DNA from: an uncultured Lachnospiraceae bacterium
Lineage (GTDB): Bacteria; Bacillota; Clostridia; Oscillospirales; CAG-272
DNA length: 52,937 bases
Assembly (NCBI GenBank): GCA_964456045.1
Contig: CAYWAD010000001.1
Coordinates: 1 to 52,937 of the forward strand
Direction: 5' to 3'
Shown here: positions 20,378 to 29,473 of the stretch, piece after piece
How positions within the stretch are numbered: position 1 is the first letter of the stretch
How the letters are laid out: every line of letters begins with the position of its first letter
Translations under genes and position numbers: made by a program
The notes under the pieces: generated by a model
The model's database searches: none
What the model saw: the letters and a program-made list of their open reading frames with translations, nothing else
What the model was told of the DNA's origin: nothing

Positions 20378-20671
20378 ATGATATTCCAATTCAAAAAAAA
20401 CGGGGAACGCTATGTTTACGATTCAGGAAGCGGAGCGGTTTCATCCTTGACCGCACTTCAATATAAAATGCTTTCGTATGTTTCACCGCCTCTTACGGAA
20501 GAACTGCCGACGGCTTTGCGTTACGATCTTGCAAAATACGACGGTGCGGCGGTCAGCGATGCGTACGACGGACTTTATAAGCTTTATTCCGAGGAGAAGC
20601 TTTTTACAGACGACGAAGATACCGTGGAAGAATGCGAAAACAAATTTAATCTCGTGCGCGAAAAATATTGA
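20378..20671 (+). CDS. Hypothetical 97-aa protein resembling only the N-terminal region of SCIFF-type radical SAM maturases
   Basis: MIFQFKKNGERYVYDSGSGAVSSL...YDGLYKLYSEEKLF parallels the N-terminus of rSAM/SPASM maturases as I recall it. There is no CxxxCxxC motif. Confidence 0.4.
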   Translation: MIFQFKKNGERYVYDSGSGAVSSLTALQYKMLSYVSPPLTEELPTALRYDLAKYDGAAVSDAYDGLYKLYSEEKLFTDDEDTVEECENKFNLVREKY

Positions 20672-20680
20672 TATAATCAA

Positions 20681-20717
20681 ACGGACGGCACATTTCTTTA
20701 TTGTGCTGTCCGTTTTT
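20681..20717 (+). terminator. Intrinsic terminator
   Basis: acggacggcaca / tgtgctgtccgt stem (1 mismatch) plus a T-run. Confidence 0.6.
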
Positions 20718-20822
20718 GCTCTTTGTTTACAAAATAATGATTGCGAATTATAAATATTTGATATATAATATTATAATGTATTTATATGTAAAAAATCAGC
20801 TTGTCCGAAAAGGAACACTTTA

Positions 20823-23597
20823 ATGAAAATAATCAATAAAATTTTCGGCACCTACAGTGACCGACAGATCAAAAAAATAACACCGATCGTTGACAAGATC
20901 GAAGCGCTGGCGCCTCGTTTCGCCGCTATGACCGATACGGAAATGTCCGATATGACGATCGAATTCAAATCGCGTCTTGCGAACGGCGAAACTCTCGACG
21001 ATATTCTCCCCGAAGCTTACGCGCTCGTTCGCGAAGCCTGCGATCGTGTCCTCGGTAAAAGACCGTTCAACTGTCAGCTTCTATGCGGCGTTTTGCTTCA
21101 CCAGGGACGAATTGCCGAGATGAAAACGGGCGAAGGCAAAACCATCGTTGCAACCATGCCGTCCTATCTTAACGCTTTGACCGGAAAAGGCGTACATGTC
21201 GTAACCGTCAACGAATACCTTGCACGGCTCGGCGCTGAGGAAATGGGCAGAGTCCACGAATTTCTCGGGCTTTCAACCGGACTTGTCGTTCACGGTCAGA
21301 CATCACAGGAAAAGCGCGATGCATACGCCGCAGACATAACCTACGGAACAAACAATGAATTCGGATTTGACTATCTGCGCGATAATATGGTCATATACAA
21401 GGAGCGGCTTTCTCAGCGCGGTCACAATTTTGCGATCGTCGATGAAGTTGACTCGATCTTTATAGATGAAGCGAGAACTCCGCTTATCATTTCCGGCGCA
21501 GGCGATGAATCTACCGATATGTATTCGCGTGCCGATGAGCTTGTGTCCCGTATGCATCCGTTTGTAATCAAGGAGCTGGACGCGAAGGATGACGCCGAGG
21601 AGATCATCAAAAACGCAGGCGTAAACGCCGACTATATCGTTGACGAAAAGAAACGCACAACAACTCTGACCGAACGCGGAATCGAAAAAGCGGAAAAATT
21701 CTTCGGCATCGAAAACTTCGGTGACGCCGAAAATTCCGAACTCGCGCATTATGTTTATCAGGCGCTCCGCGCTCACGGAATCATGCACCGCGACATCGAC
21801 TACGTTATCCATCAGGGCGGCATTATGATAATCGACTCCTTCACGGGTCGTATGATGCCGGGTAGACGTTATTCCGACGGCTTGCATCAGGCGATCGAGG
21901 CCAAGGAAGGCGTTGAAATTCAGCGCGAAAATAAAACTCTCGCAACGATCACCTTCCAGAATTATTTCCGTATGTACAATAAGCTTTCCGGTATGACGGG
22001 AACGGCTCTTTCGGAAGAAAACGAATTCAGGGAAATATACAGGCTCGATGTTGTCGAAGTTCCGACAAATAAGCCGATGATCCGCGTTGACCATAACGAC
22101 GTTGTATATAAAACGTCTAAGGCAAAGGAAGACGCAATAATTCAAAATATCAAGGAATGCCACGCCAAGGGGCAGCCCGTGCTTGTCGGTACGGTTTCGA
22201 TCGAAAAGTCCGAAGCGCTGTCCAAAAAGCTTAAGGGCGCAGGCATAAAGCATACGGTTCTTAACGCAAAATATCACGATAAGGAAGCGGAAATCGTCGC
22301 TCAGGCAGGTAAGCTCGGAGCTGTTACGATTTCCACGAATATGGCAGGACGCGGTACGGACATTTTGCTTGGCGGTAACGCGGAATTCCTTGCTAAATCC
22401 GAGATGAGAAAGAACGGCTACGATGAAAAAACGATCGCCGTTGCAACAGGCTCGTCTCAATCCGTGACCGAGGAGGAACTTGCCGCAAGGGAAGTATACC
22501 GTGAGCTTTATCGTAAATATCAGATCGAAATAGAGCCGGAAGCAAACCTCGTGCGCGAAGCAGGCGGACTCTTTGTAATCGGCACGGAGCGCCACGAAAG
22601 CAGACGTATCGACAATCAGCTTCGCGGACGTTCGGGTCGTCAGGGTGACCCCGGCGAATCTCGCTTCTATGTGTCGCTTGAGGACGATCTTATGCGTCTT
22701 TTCGGCGGCGATAAACTTTACAATATTGTTGACAGACTCCGAATTCCGGATGATATGCCGATAGATGCGGGCATACTTTCGGATTCTATCGAAACCGCAC
22801 AAAAGCGTATCGAAGATCAAAACTTCAACAGACGTAAAAACGTCCTCGAATACGACGACGTTATGAATCAGCAAAGAACGCTCATTTATAAGGAGCGTAA
22901 AGAGGTGCTCGACGGTCTTGACCTCTCCGAAAAAATCAAGAAAATGATTGACGATACCGTCACCGATGCAGTTCTCTCGGCTACGTTCTATGACTCAAAG
23001 GAAGAATGGAAGCTCGAAACGCTCACGAATGAGTATACCGGCATTCTCTTTGCCCCTGATGACGAAAAATTCTCCGTAAAAACGCTCGAAACGCTTTCAT
23101 CGGATGAGATTGTCAAGCTTTTCTGCGACCGTGCAAAGTCCGTTTATGAGGACAAGGAGGCAAAATACGGCGCCGAATGGATGCGCAATGTAGAGCGCAA
23201 CGTCCTGCTCAGAGCTGTCGATAAGCACTGGATGGAGCATCTTGAAGCGATGGACGATCTGCGCGACAGCATCAGACTTCAGGCGTATGCAAACAGAAAC
23301 CCCGTGTCCGAATACAGGATCGCAGGTATGGATCTCTTTGCGGAGATGACAGACGAGATCAAGCGTACAACGTCAAGAACGGTGCTTTCCGCAATTCCGC
23401 GTGAAGAATTCGAAAAACGCCGTCAGATCATGATCGCGAAATCTGTTGGAATTGCGGGAACTGCAAGTACAGGAGAAAAGAAGAAGCCCGTCGTCAAAAA
23501 AGCTGCTCAAAAGGTCGGACGTAACGAAAAGTGTCCGTGCGGCTCCGGAAAAAAATACAAGAACTGCTGCGGCGGTGCCTCGGCAAATCAAAAATAA
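20823..23597 (+). CDS. secA: Preprotein translocase ATPase SecA
   Basis: Full-length SecA (MKTGEGKT, DEVDSI, TNMAGRGTDI) with a C-terminal zinc finger CPCGSGKKYKNCCG. Confidence 0.97.
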   Translation: MKIINKIFGTYSDRQIKKITPIVDKIEALAPRFAAMTDTEMSDMTIEFKSRLANGETLDDILPEAYALVREACDRVLGKRPFNCQLLCGVLLHQGRIAEMKTGEGKTIVATMPSYLNALTGKGVHVVTVNEYLARLGAEEMGRVHEFLGLSTGLVVHGQTSQEKRDAYAADITYGTNNEFGFDYLRDNMVIYKERLSQRGHNFAIVDEVDSIFIDEARTPLIISGAGDESTDMYSRADELVSRMHPFVIKELDAKDDAEEIIKNAGVNADYIVDEKKRTTTLTERGIEKAEKFFGIENFGDAENSELAHYVYQALRAHGIMHRDIDYVIHQGGIMIIDSFTGRMMPGRRYSDGLHQAIEAKEGVEIQRENKTLATITFQNYFRMYNKLSGMTGTALSEENEFREIYRLDVVEVPTNKPMIRVDHNDVVYKTSKAKEDAIIQNIKECHAKGQPVLVGTVSIEKSEALSKKLKGAGIKHTVLNAKYHDKEAEIVAQAGKLGAVTISTNMAGRGTDILLGGNAEFLAKSEMRKNGYDEKTIAVATGSSQSVTEEELAAREVYRELYRKYQIEIEPEANLVREAGGLFVIGTERHESRRIDNQLRGRSGRQGDPGESRFYVSLEDDLMRLFGGDKLYNIVDRLRIPDDMPIDAGILSDSIETAQKRIEDQNFNRRKNVLEYDDVMNQQRTLIYKERKEVLDGLDLSEKIKKMIDDTVTDAVLSATFYDSKEEWKLETLTNEYTGILFAPDDEKFSVKTLETLSSDEIVKLFCDRAKSVYEDKEAKYGAEWMRNVERNVLLRAVDKHWMEHLEAMDDLRDSIRLQAYANRNPVSEYRIAGMDLFAEMTDEIKRTTSRTVLSAIPREEFEKRRQIMIAKSVGIAGTASTGEKKKPVVKKAAQKVGRNEKCPCGSGKKYKNCCGGASANQK

Positions 23598-23609
23598 AAA
23601 AGGTTAAAC

Positions 23610-24275
23610 ATGGGACTCGGACTTTTATTTATAGGATACGTTCTTTTATCCTTGTTCACTTATGCACCGACATTTTTTATAACCGATTTTGTGGGTGTGT
23701 TCATTATGTATGAGGCACTGTTGAAGCTTCGTCGCCATGCGCCGAGATTCAAATATGCGTTAATGTCAGTTTATGCGCTGTTCGCGGTGGTCACGATGCA
23801 GTGTGTGTATTATTTGCTGAATTACGTAGGCATTATTGAGCTTGTATCAACGGTCACAACCGCAATCGAAATCGGCAGACTTGTCGCAACGCTCGTTTTC
23901 ACCGTTGCGATGCTGCTCGCGCTCGAACAACTTGCGCGCTCCGTCGGGGACAATAAGCTCGCTGACCGATGTAAACGAAATATGTGGTATTATGTCCTCA
24001 GCTTCGCCCTCTCACTCTCCCTCTCCTTTGATTTTGACTTTTTGGAAAGCTACATTTCCGCATTCTCGCAGCTTGCGTTTCTCTTTAAGCTTTTGTGTGC
24101 TTTTCTTGTTCCTGCTGTTATTTACAGCTCATATATGTGGATTTGTCTTGAAAGCGATCACGATATGAATAAGAAAAGGGACTCCAAGGTTTCGGGCTTT
24201 TTTTCAAAGCTCAAAAGTGGCGGCAAAAACGACATCACTAAAGAAGACCTCAAAAAACAGCGAAACAAAAAATGA
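23610..24275 (+). CDS. Hypothetical polytopic membrane protein
   Basis: 221 aa, about 6 TM helices. Starts 12 nt after the secA stop. Shares an N-terminal motif D.(V/I)G.F.(M/L)YEAL with the next ORF. Confidence 0.7.
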   Translation: MGLGLLFIGYVLLSLFTYAPTFFITDFVGVFIMYEALLKLRRHAPRFKYALMSVYALFAVVTMQCVYYLLNYVGIIELVSTVTTAIEIGRLVATLVFTVAMLLALEQLARSVGDNKLADRCKRNMWYYVLSFALSLSLSFDFDFLESYISAFSQLAFLFKLLCAFLVPAVIYSSYMWICLESDHDMNKKRDSKVSGFFSKLKSGGKNDITKEDLKKQRNKK

Positions 24276-24298
24276 AATTTTAAGAAAGGGAACTGCTT

Positions 24299-25819
24299 AT
24301 GAAATCTTTGCTTTCAATTCTGGCAATCATTTTTATTGCCGTGCCGGACATATCTTCAATCGATTTGCTGCCGGATGCGATTGGATTTTTCTTTTTATAC
24401 GAAGCTCTTTCCGTTCCATCCGAATTTTCGAGTAAGCTCTCGGAAACGAGGTCAATGTTTTTTAAGCTGATGCTACTTTCCGCGGCGGATTTGGTTGTTT
24501 CGTATCTCATATCGACCGACGACACTTCAATGGTTTTGCTCTGCGCGTTCTGCTTCGGTATCGCCGAGGCGGTAATGATGTATATCGCCTTTGACGGTCT
24601 TGTAGACGGAATGGTCTATCTCGGAACGCTATTTCCCGCAGTAGGAGTTTATATGCCGGAACGCAAGCGTTCGCTTGAGCGTTACAGCGCGAAAATCGAT
24701 AAAAAGCTTCGCAAATTCGCATCGCGTGAGCTTGAAAAGGGAACTGTCATCCCGGAAAGCGACATCATCTCCAAACGTGACGAGTTGATTGCAAAACGCT
24801 CAGGCAAATCGCTGGGACGTTTTATCAAGCACACGCACCTTTTTATCATCCTGCGCACCGCCCTTAACATACTTCCCGAATTCACAGCACTTTCGTCTTA
24901 TGAATACGCAGGCGACGTTAATGCGTTTAACGTCAACATCGCCGATTTCAGAGGGCTTTTCGTAACGCTTGCCGTTTTCGTGTCCGCGATTGTCGCCGTT
25001 TTCTGGTCGATTTCCGCTGTCCGCTATGTAAACGGAATCAAGCGCGACAAACCGTTCATTTCCGCAATGTATGGCGCATATAACAGCGACATAAGGACAA
25101 ATTTCGGATTTTTGCAGTATAAACGCTATAAAACGGCTCTTATTATCCTCAGCGTAGGTGTCTTTTTCTCCCTCGATTTTATCATTGATCACATTAATAT
25201 GATTCCCGACTTCATCTCGGCTGCGGTTTTTGTCATTTTCTGGCTTATGTTTTTCAAAAAACGAACGAAAACAGACGTTCAAGGTCTTGTTTCTTCTGCC
25301 GTATATTTGATTTTTTCCGTAATTCAATGGGTTGCAGTCAAGCGTTTTATCGTCCGCTTCGATGATTTCACGCGCACAATGAAATCCGACAAAGCTTTCA
25401 CGGGGCACATAATCCTCTGCGTGCTGACCGTTGTCGCAGAATCGCTCTTTGTGCTTGTGATGTACTTCGTGTATAAAAAACTCAAGCAAATCATCGTCGA
25501 GCATACCGGATATGTCACCAAGGAAGGCGAAAGCGACGCATATTCGAATAAGCTGCACTCGCAGCTTTGCCGTTCAAATAAACATGTGTTTGTATTCTCG
25601 ATCGTCACTGCCGTCGTTTCGACAGCATATATGATCCTCGTCGGAATAAACAAGGGCGTCGAAGCAATGGAAAACAACGTAAAATACGTATTCTACGTTC
25701 CCGTGTTTGAAAGCATCGCAACCGTTTTGACGATAGTTGGCATCATGTATATCATTTATACCATTAAAATCATCAGCGACGTGTCAGACGGCCTTGACGA
25801 ACGATACAAGCTTGACTGA
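24299..25819 (+). CDS. Hypothetical polytopic membrane protein
   Basis: 506 aa, about 10 TM helices with a basic cytoplasmic loop. The motif LPDAIGFFFLYEAL is related to the preceding ORF. Confidence 0.7.
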   Translation: MKSLLSILAIIFIAVPDISSIDLLPDAIGFFFLYEALSVPSEFSSKLSETRSMFFKLMLLSAADLVVSYLISTDDTSMVLLCAFCFGIAEAVMMYIAFDGLVDGMVYLGTLFPAVGVYMPERKRSLERYSAKIDKKLRKFASRELEKGTVIPESDIISKRDELIAKRSGKSLGRFIKHTHLFIILRTALNILPEFTALSSYEYAGDVNAFNVNIADFRGLFVTLAVFVSAIVAVFWSISAVRYVNGIKRDKPFISAMYGAYNSDIRTNFGFLQYKRYKTALIILSVGVFFSLDFIIDHINMIPDFISAAVFVIFWLMFFKKRTKTDVQGLVSSAVYLIFSVIQWVAVKRFIVRFDDFTRTMKSDKAFTGHIILCVLTVVAESLFVLVMYFVYKKLKQIIVEHTGYVTKEGESDAYSNKLHSQLCRSNKHVFVFSIVTAVVSTAYMILVGINKGVEAMENNVKYVFYVPVFESIATVLTIVGIMYIIYTIKIISDVSDGLDERYKLD

Positions 25820-25828
25820 TTATAAAAA

Positions 25829-25867
25829 CAAAAAACGGCTGTTACCTTTACGGTAACAGCCGTTTTT
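25829..25867. terminator. Bidirectional intrinsic terminator
   Basis: acggctgttacc-tttac-ggtaacagccgt with A-run and T-run flanks. Confidence 0.7.
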
Positions 25868-25874
25868 GCGTTTG

Positions 25875-26441
25875 TCAGTCTACAATTGCGGTATATTCAA
25901 TTGCGGAAACCGTACCGTCTTTGATGATAATCGAAAGCTTCGCGTTTCCGTCGGAATAAAGATAGCTACCGTTTTCGAGTTTGCCGTCCGCGCCATATGC
26001 GGCAACAACCTCGGATTCGTCCGAGCCGATCATAATTCCTTCGGGAGTTTCAACAAGATCATCCTTGAGGTAAACGGAATATACGATCTGCACGCCGTCT
26101 CCGTTATCATAAGCGGAAAGCTCAAAGCTGCCGTAATCGTAATAGTAATCGTCGCCTTGGAACGCACACGAGGGAGCCTTGTAGGTGCTTTTTGCTTCGC
26201 CGAGAGCAGAGAGAACCGGCTCCGCTTCAACGTTCATTTTGATCGTTGTTGTGCCGGAAACAAAAACGTATGCGAAAGCATTGTCAGACTTATCCGTTTC
26301 GGATTCAGCCGCCGAAGAATTATCGTTGGCTTCTGAATTTGCGCCGTCGTTAGAAACCTCGTCATCCGAATCGCCATCGCAGGCAACAAACATACAAAAA
26401 GCAAGCGCAAGTATCAGTAAAATTGCAAGTAAACGTTTCAT
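25875..26441 (-). CDS. Hypothetical lipoprotein
   Basis: Signal peptide with lipobox (FVAC), then an acidic low-complexity linker. Confidence 0.7.
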   Translation of the reverse strand: MKRLLAILLILALAFCMFVACDGDSDDEVSNDGANSEANDNSSAAESETDKSDNAFAYVFVSGTTTIKMNVEAEPVLSALGEAKSTYKAPSCAFQGDDYYYDYGSFELSAYDNGDGVQIVYSVYLKDDLVETPEGIMIGSDESEVVAAYGADGKLENGSYLYSDGNAKLSIIIKDGTVSAIEYTAIVD

Positions 26442-26462
26442 AAAAATCCCTTTCGTAAAAAA

Positions 26463-27545
26463 TTATTCAGATACGGCTCCGAAGCCGAGCAGTCTGCCGT
26501 TTTCAGCAAGCTCCTTTTTCTGAGCCTCTATCATCTCATAATAAAATTCAATTTTCTCCGCCCAAACTTCGTCATATTCGGAGTTTCCTCTATGGTCGGG
26601 CAGGTCAAAATTTTCGCTGAGGACAGAGCCTATGTATTCCGTTACCTTTTCGGCACCGTAAAGGTTCATATGCATACCGGCATCAAACGTGTCCGTTGTG
26701 TAATCAATGCCGATTTCATCTTTCACCTCAAGCACATTGACGTAGAGCAACTCGTGTTCTTCTGCATAAGCAACCACCTGAGCGTTATATTCATCGTACC
26801 AATGCGGAAGCAGGGAAGGCGCTTTCATAAGCACAAGCTCAATTCCGTTTTCTTCGCAAAGCTCACGAATAAGATCTAAATATTCCCATGCGGTTTCACC
26901 GAAGGAGTAGTCCGCTTTTTCGCGTACAACCGGCAATTTTTCAACAGGAGTTACGTCAACACGCATATAATATCCATTGTGCGTAACCTTTTCTTTTTTG
27001 CCGTACGCATACTTTATATCCTCCGACGTAAGCTCGCTCCAGCGTGAATGATATCTGAGGCATGGCAAGAGATATTCAATCATCGACTCTTTGTCGGTCA
27101 TTGAAGCGGAGATAATTCCGAGCTTATAGCGAGAAAGCTTCATTCCGTCTATGGTGATTCTGTTGTAAGCTTCGTTTTGCGGTTCGTTGTACACCAACGA
27201 AAGTGCATTGAAGACAACGACTTTCGGGGTTTCGTATTCGAGCATTTCCGCAAGTAAATAGTAGGATTGCCAGATGAGCTGCTGCGCGCTTCCGCGAACA
27301 TAGCTCGTTACGCCGTAATTCTCGTAAAGATATATCGGAGAAATGTTCGAAAACACCTCGCAGTCACCGATAAAAATGACATCGTGAGAAAGATCTTCGT
27401 CGTAATATTCGGCTATAAAAGCTCCGTCAAGCGCGCCGGACATATATTTCGGCGTAAGAAGGCGGTTCAAGAAATCAACGGCAAAAATAAGTAAAACGAC
27501 CGAAAGTACCGCCGCCGTAATTTTTATTATTTTTCTTTTTTTCAT
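26463..27545 (-). CDS. Membrane-anchored SGNH-like hydrolase/acyltransferase (DltD-like position)
   Basis: N-terminal TM. Block-I-like IFIGDCE, with Cys where the GDS serine is expected. Block-V-like DAGMHMN (DxxH). Last gene of the dlt-like operon. Confidence 0.6.
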   Translation of the reverse strand: MKKRKIIKITAAVLSVVLLIFAVDFLNRLLTPKYMSGALDGAFIAEYYDEDLSHDVIFIGDCEVFSNISPIYLYENYGVTSYVRGSAQQLIWQSYYLLAEMLEYETPKVVVFNALSLVYNEPQNEAYNRITIDGMKLSRYKLGIISASMTDKESMIEYLLPCLRYHSRWSELTSEDIKYAYGKKEKVTHNGYYMRVDVTPVEKLPVVREKADYSFGETAWEYLDLIRELCEENGIELVLMKAPSLLPHWYDEYNAQVVAYAEEHELLYVNVLEVKDEIGIDYTTDTFDAGMHMNLYGAEKVTEYIGSVLSENFDLPDHRGNSEYDEVWAEKIEFYYEMIEAQKKELAENGRLLGFGAVSE

Positions 27546-27548
27546 AGC

Positions 27549-29162
27549 TTAAAATTGATTATATATAAATTGTGCGGAATCGTAGCCTATTCCGTAAGTA
27601 CCGAAAACGATTACGGCAAGGATGAGAACGACTATTGCCACGGGAACGGCTCCGGGGATTTTAATTAAGGTGTCACGTATGGGCTTCTTTTTCTCGGCAA
27701 ATATGCTTGAAATCAAAATCATAACGATTCCTGCAAAAAGTACGGTATAATCCGCGGCGGAAAGCCCGAACTCAAGCATGCTGCCGTCAAAGAGTACGTT
27801 CCAGTTTCCTTTTGTGAACATCGAAAAGAACGCGGAGAAGGTTTCCGCAACGGAAGCATAACAGTCAAACATTCTGATGCAACACATAAGCAAATATGTG
27901 CGAAGCATCATAAACACTCCGTAAGCTCCGTTTTCTCCGATACCGGTCTTTTCGTGAAATTTCGCGTAAAGCGGAGACAACTCCTGCGAAATGAGGATAA
28001 CCACGCAGTTGGTCATTCCCCATGCGATAAAGTTCCAGGAAGCACCGTGCCAAATTCCCGTTACAAACCAAACGATTATCGTTGAAAAATAAACGGGAAG
28101 TCGCTTTGCAAAGCCTGCACCGAACTTGGGCTTGAGCTTTTTCGCCAGCTTGTTGATCGGTCCGCAAATTGAAAGCGGATAGAAAAGATACTCACGGAAC
28201 CATTCTCCGAGAGATATATGCCAACGGCGCCAATATTCCGCGATATTCTTCGAAAAATACGGACGAACGAAGTTTTCCTTCAGCTTTATTCCGAGCATTT
28301 CGGAAAAGCCGAGCGCAATGTCTATTCCACCGGTAAAGTCCGCATATATGCGAAGCGAATACAGAATAATGCCTGCAAAAACAAAAGCTCCGCTGTATTT
28401 TTCGGGATTCCCGATGATGACATTGAGCGCAATTACCACTCTGTCCGCAAGCACGAGCTTTTTGAAATAACCGAAAACCACTCTCAAAAGTCCCTTTAAT
28501 ACGGCTTCTTCGTCAAAGCTTTTCTTAGGGAAAAGCGTTTTTCCCATTTCATCATACTTTGAAAAAGGGCCCTGGACAAGGGAAGGGAAATAAGAAGCGA
28601 ACAACATCACGTTCAAAAAGTTCTTATCAGCCTTGTATTTTCCGCGATAAACGTCAACAATGTAGCCGACACACATAAAAGTGTAAAAGGAGATGCCAAG
28701 CGGAAGAACGAGATCAAGGAAAAGATCCTCGCTTTTTTCAGCGACCTTAAAAATGCTGTTAAAATTATAAATGAAGAAATTGGCATATTTCAAAAATGCA
28801 AGTATGCCTATGTTAAGTACGATATTTACCCAGAGGAAAAAGCGCGTTTTTTTCTTTGCTTTCTCTTTGAAAGCTTTCCTTTCTTCCTTTGTCATTTCGG
28901 CTTTGTGTTCGGCTAAATACAGATCTCGATTTATATCAACGCGAGAGATCATCAAAGCGGAGCCCCAAGTCGTAAGCGCCGTAAACAATATGAAAGGGAT
29001 GTATGTAAGATCATACGATGCGATAAAAACGAAGGAAGCCAAAAGAAGCAACGGTTTTTGCATAACCTTGGGCAGGATATAATACAGTGTGAATATCACC
29101 GCTGCAAAAGCAATAAATTGATATGATGTAAAATACATGTTTAACCTTGCTGTTTTCAACAC
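27549..29162 (-). CDS. MBOAT family O-acyltransferase (DltB/AlgI-like)
   Basis: Polytopic, with conserved RRWHISLGEWFREY histidine motif. 537 aa. Confidence 0.85.
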   Translation of the reverse strand: MLKTARLNMYFTSYQFIAFAAVIFTLYYILPKVMQKPLLLLASFVFIASYDLTYIPFILFTALTTWGSALMISRVDINRDLYLAEHKAEMTKEERKAFKEKAKKKTRFFLWVNIVLNIGILAFLKYANFFIYNFNSIFKVAEKSEDLFLDLVLPLGISFYTFMCVGYIVDVYRGKYKADKNFLNVMLFASYFPSLVQGPFSKYDEMGKTLFPKKSFDEEAVLKGLLRVVFGYFKKLVLADRVVIALNVIIGNPEKYSGAFVFAGIILYSLRIYADFTGGIDIALGFSEMLGIKLKENFVRPYFSKNIAEYWRRWHISLGEWFREYLFYPLSICGPINKLAKKLKPKFGAGFAKRLPVYFSTIIVWFVTGIWHGASWNFIAWGMTNCVVILISQELSPLYAKFHEKTGIGENGAYGVFMMLRTYLLMCCIRMFDCYASVAETFSAFFSMFTKGNWNVLFDGSMLEFGLSAADYTVLFAGIVMILISSIFAEKKKPIRDTLIKIPGAVPVAIVVLILAVIVFGTYGIGYDSAQFIYNQF

Positions 29163-29201
29163 ACAGCCCGCAAAAAATGCGGGCCGCGATGTTTTTCGTT
29201 A

Positions 29202-29429
29202 TTATTCGTCAAGCAGCTCGGAAACGAGCGCCCAAATGGCATCTGCCGAGTTGAAATTTTCCGGAGTAATGAGATTTGCCGTGACCTGTACGTCAAATTC
29301 ATCCGAAATCTGCGCAATAAGCGTTACGATGTCAAAAGAATCGAGTATACCGTCGTCAACAAGCGAGTCGCAGTTTTCAAAATCAACGTCTTCGTGAAGC
29401 TCTTTGAGCATTTTAATGATTGTTTCCAT
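29202..29429 (-). CDS. Acyl/D-alanyl carrier protein (DltC-like)
   Basis: 75 aa with phosphopantetheine-site motif GILDSFDIV. Confidence 0.8.
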   Translation of the reverse strand: METIIKMLKELHEDVDFENCDSLVDDGILDSFDIVTLIAQISDEFDVQVTANLITPENFNSADAIWALVSELLDE

Positions 29430-29473
29430 AATTAACCTCTTTTTTATTTTGTTTTATTGTGAGTTTTATCGGA

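Noticed and set aside
21303-22874. 523-aa minus-strand ORF
   Set aside because: It lies entirely antisense to secA, which has unambiguous motifs. The composition is Phe/Arg/Val-rich and typical of a shadow ORF, and there is no RBS.
24800-25558. 252-aa minus-strand ORF
   Set aside because: It is antisense to the 506-aa membrane protein ORF, which has coherent TM periodicity and operon context.
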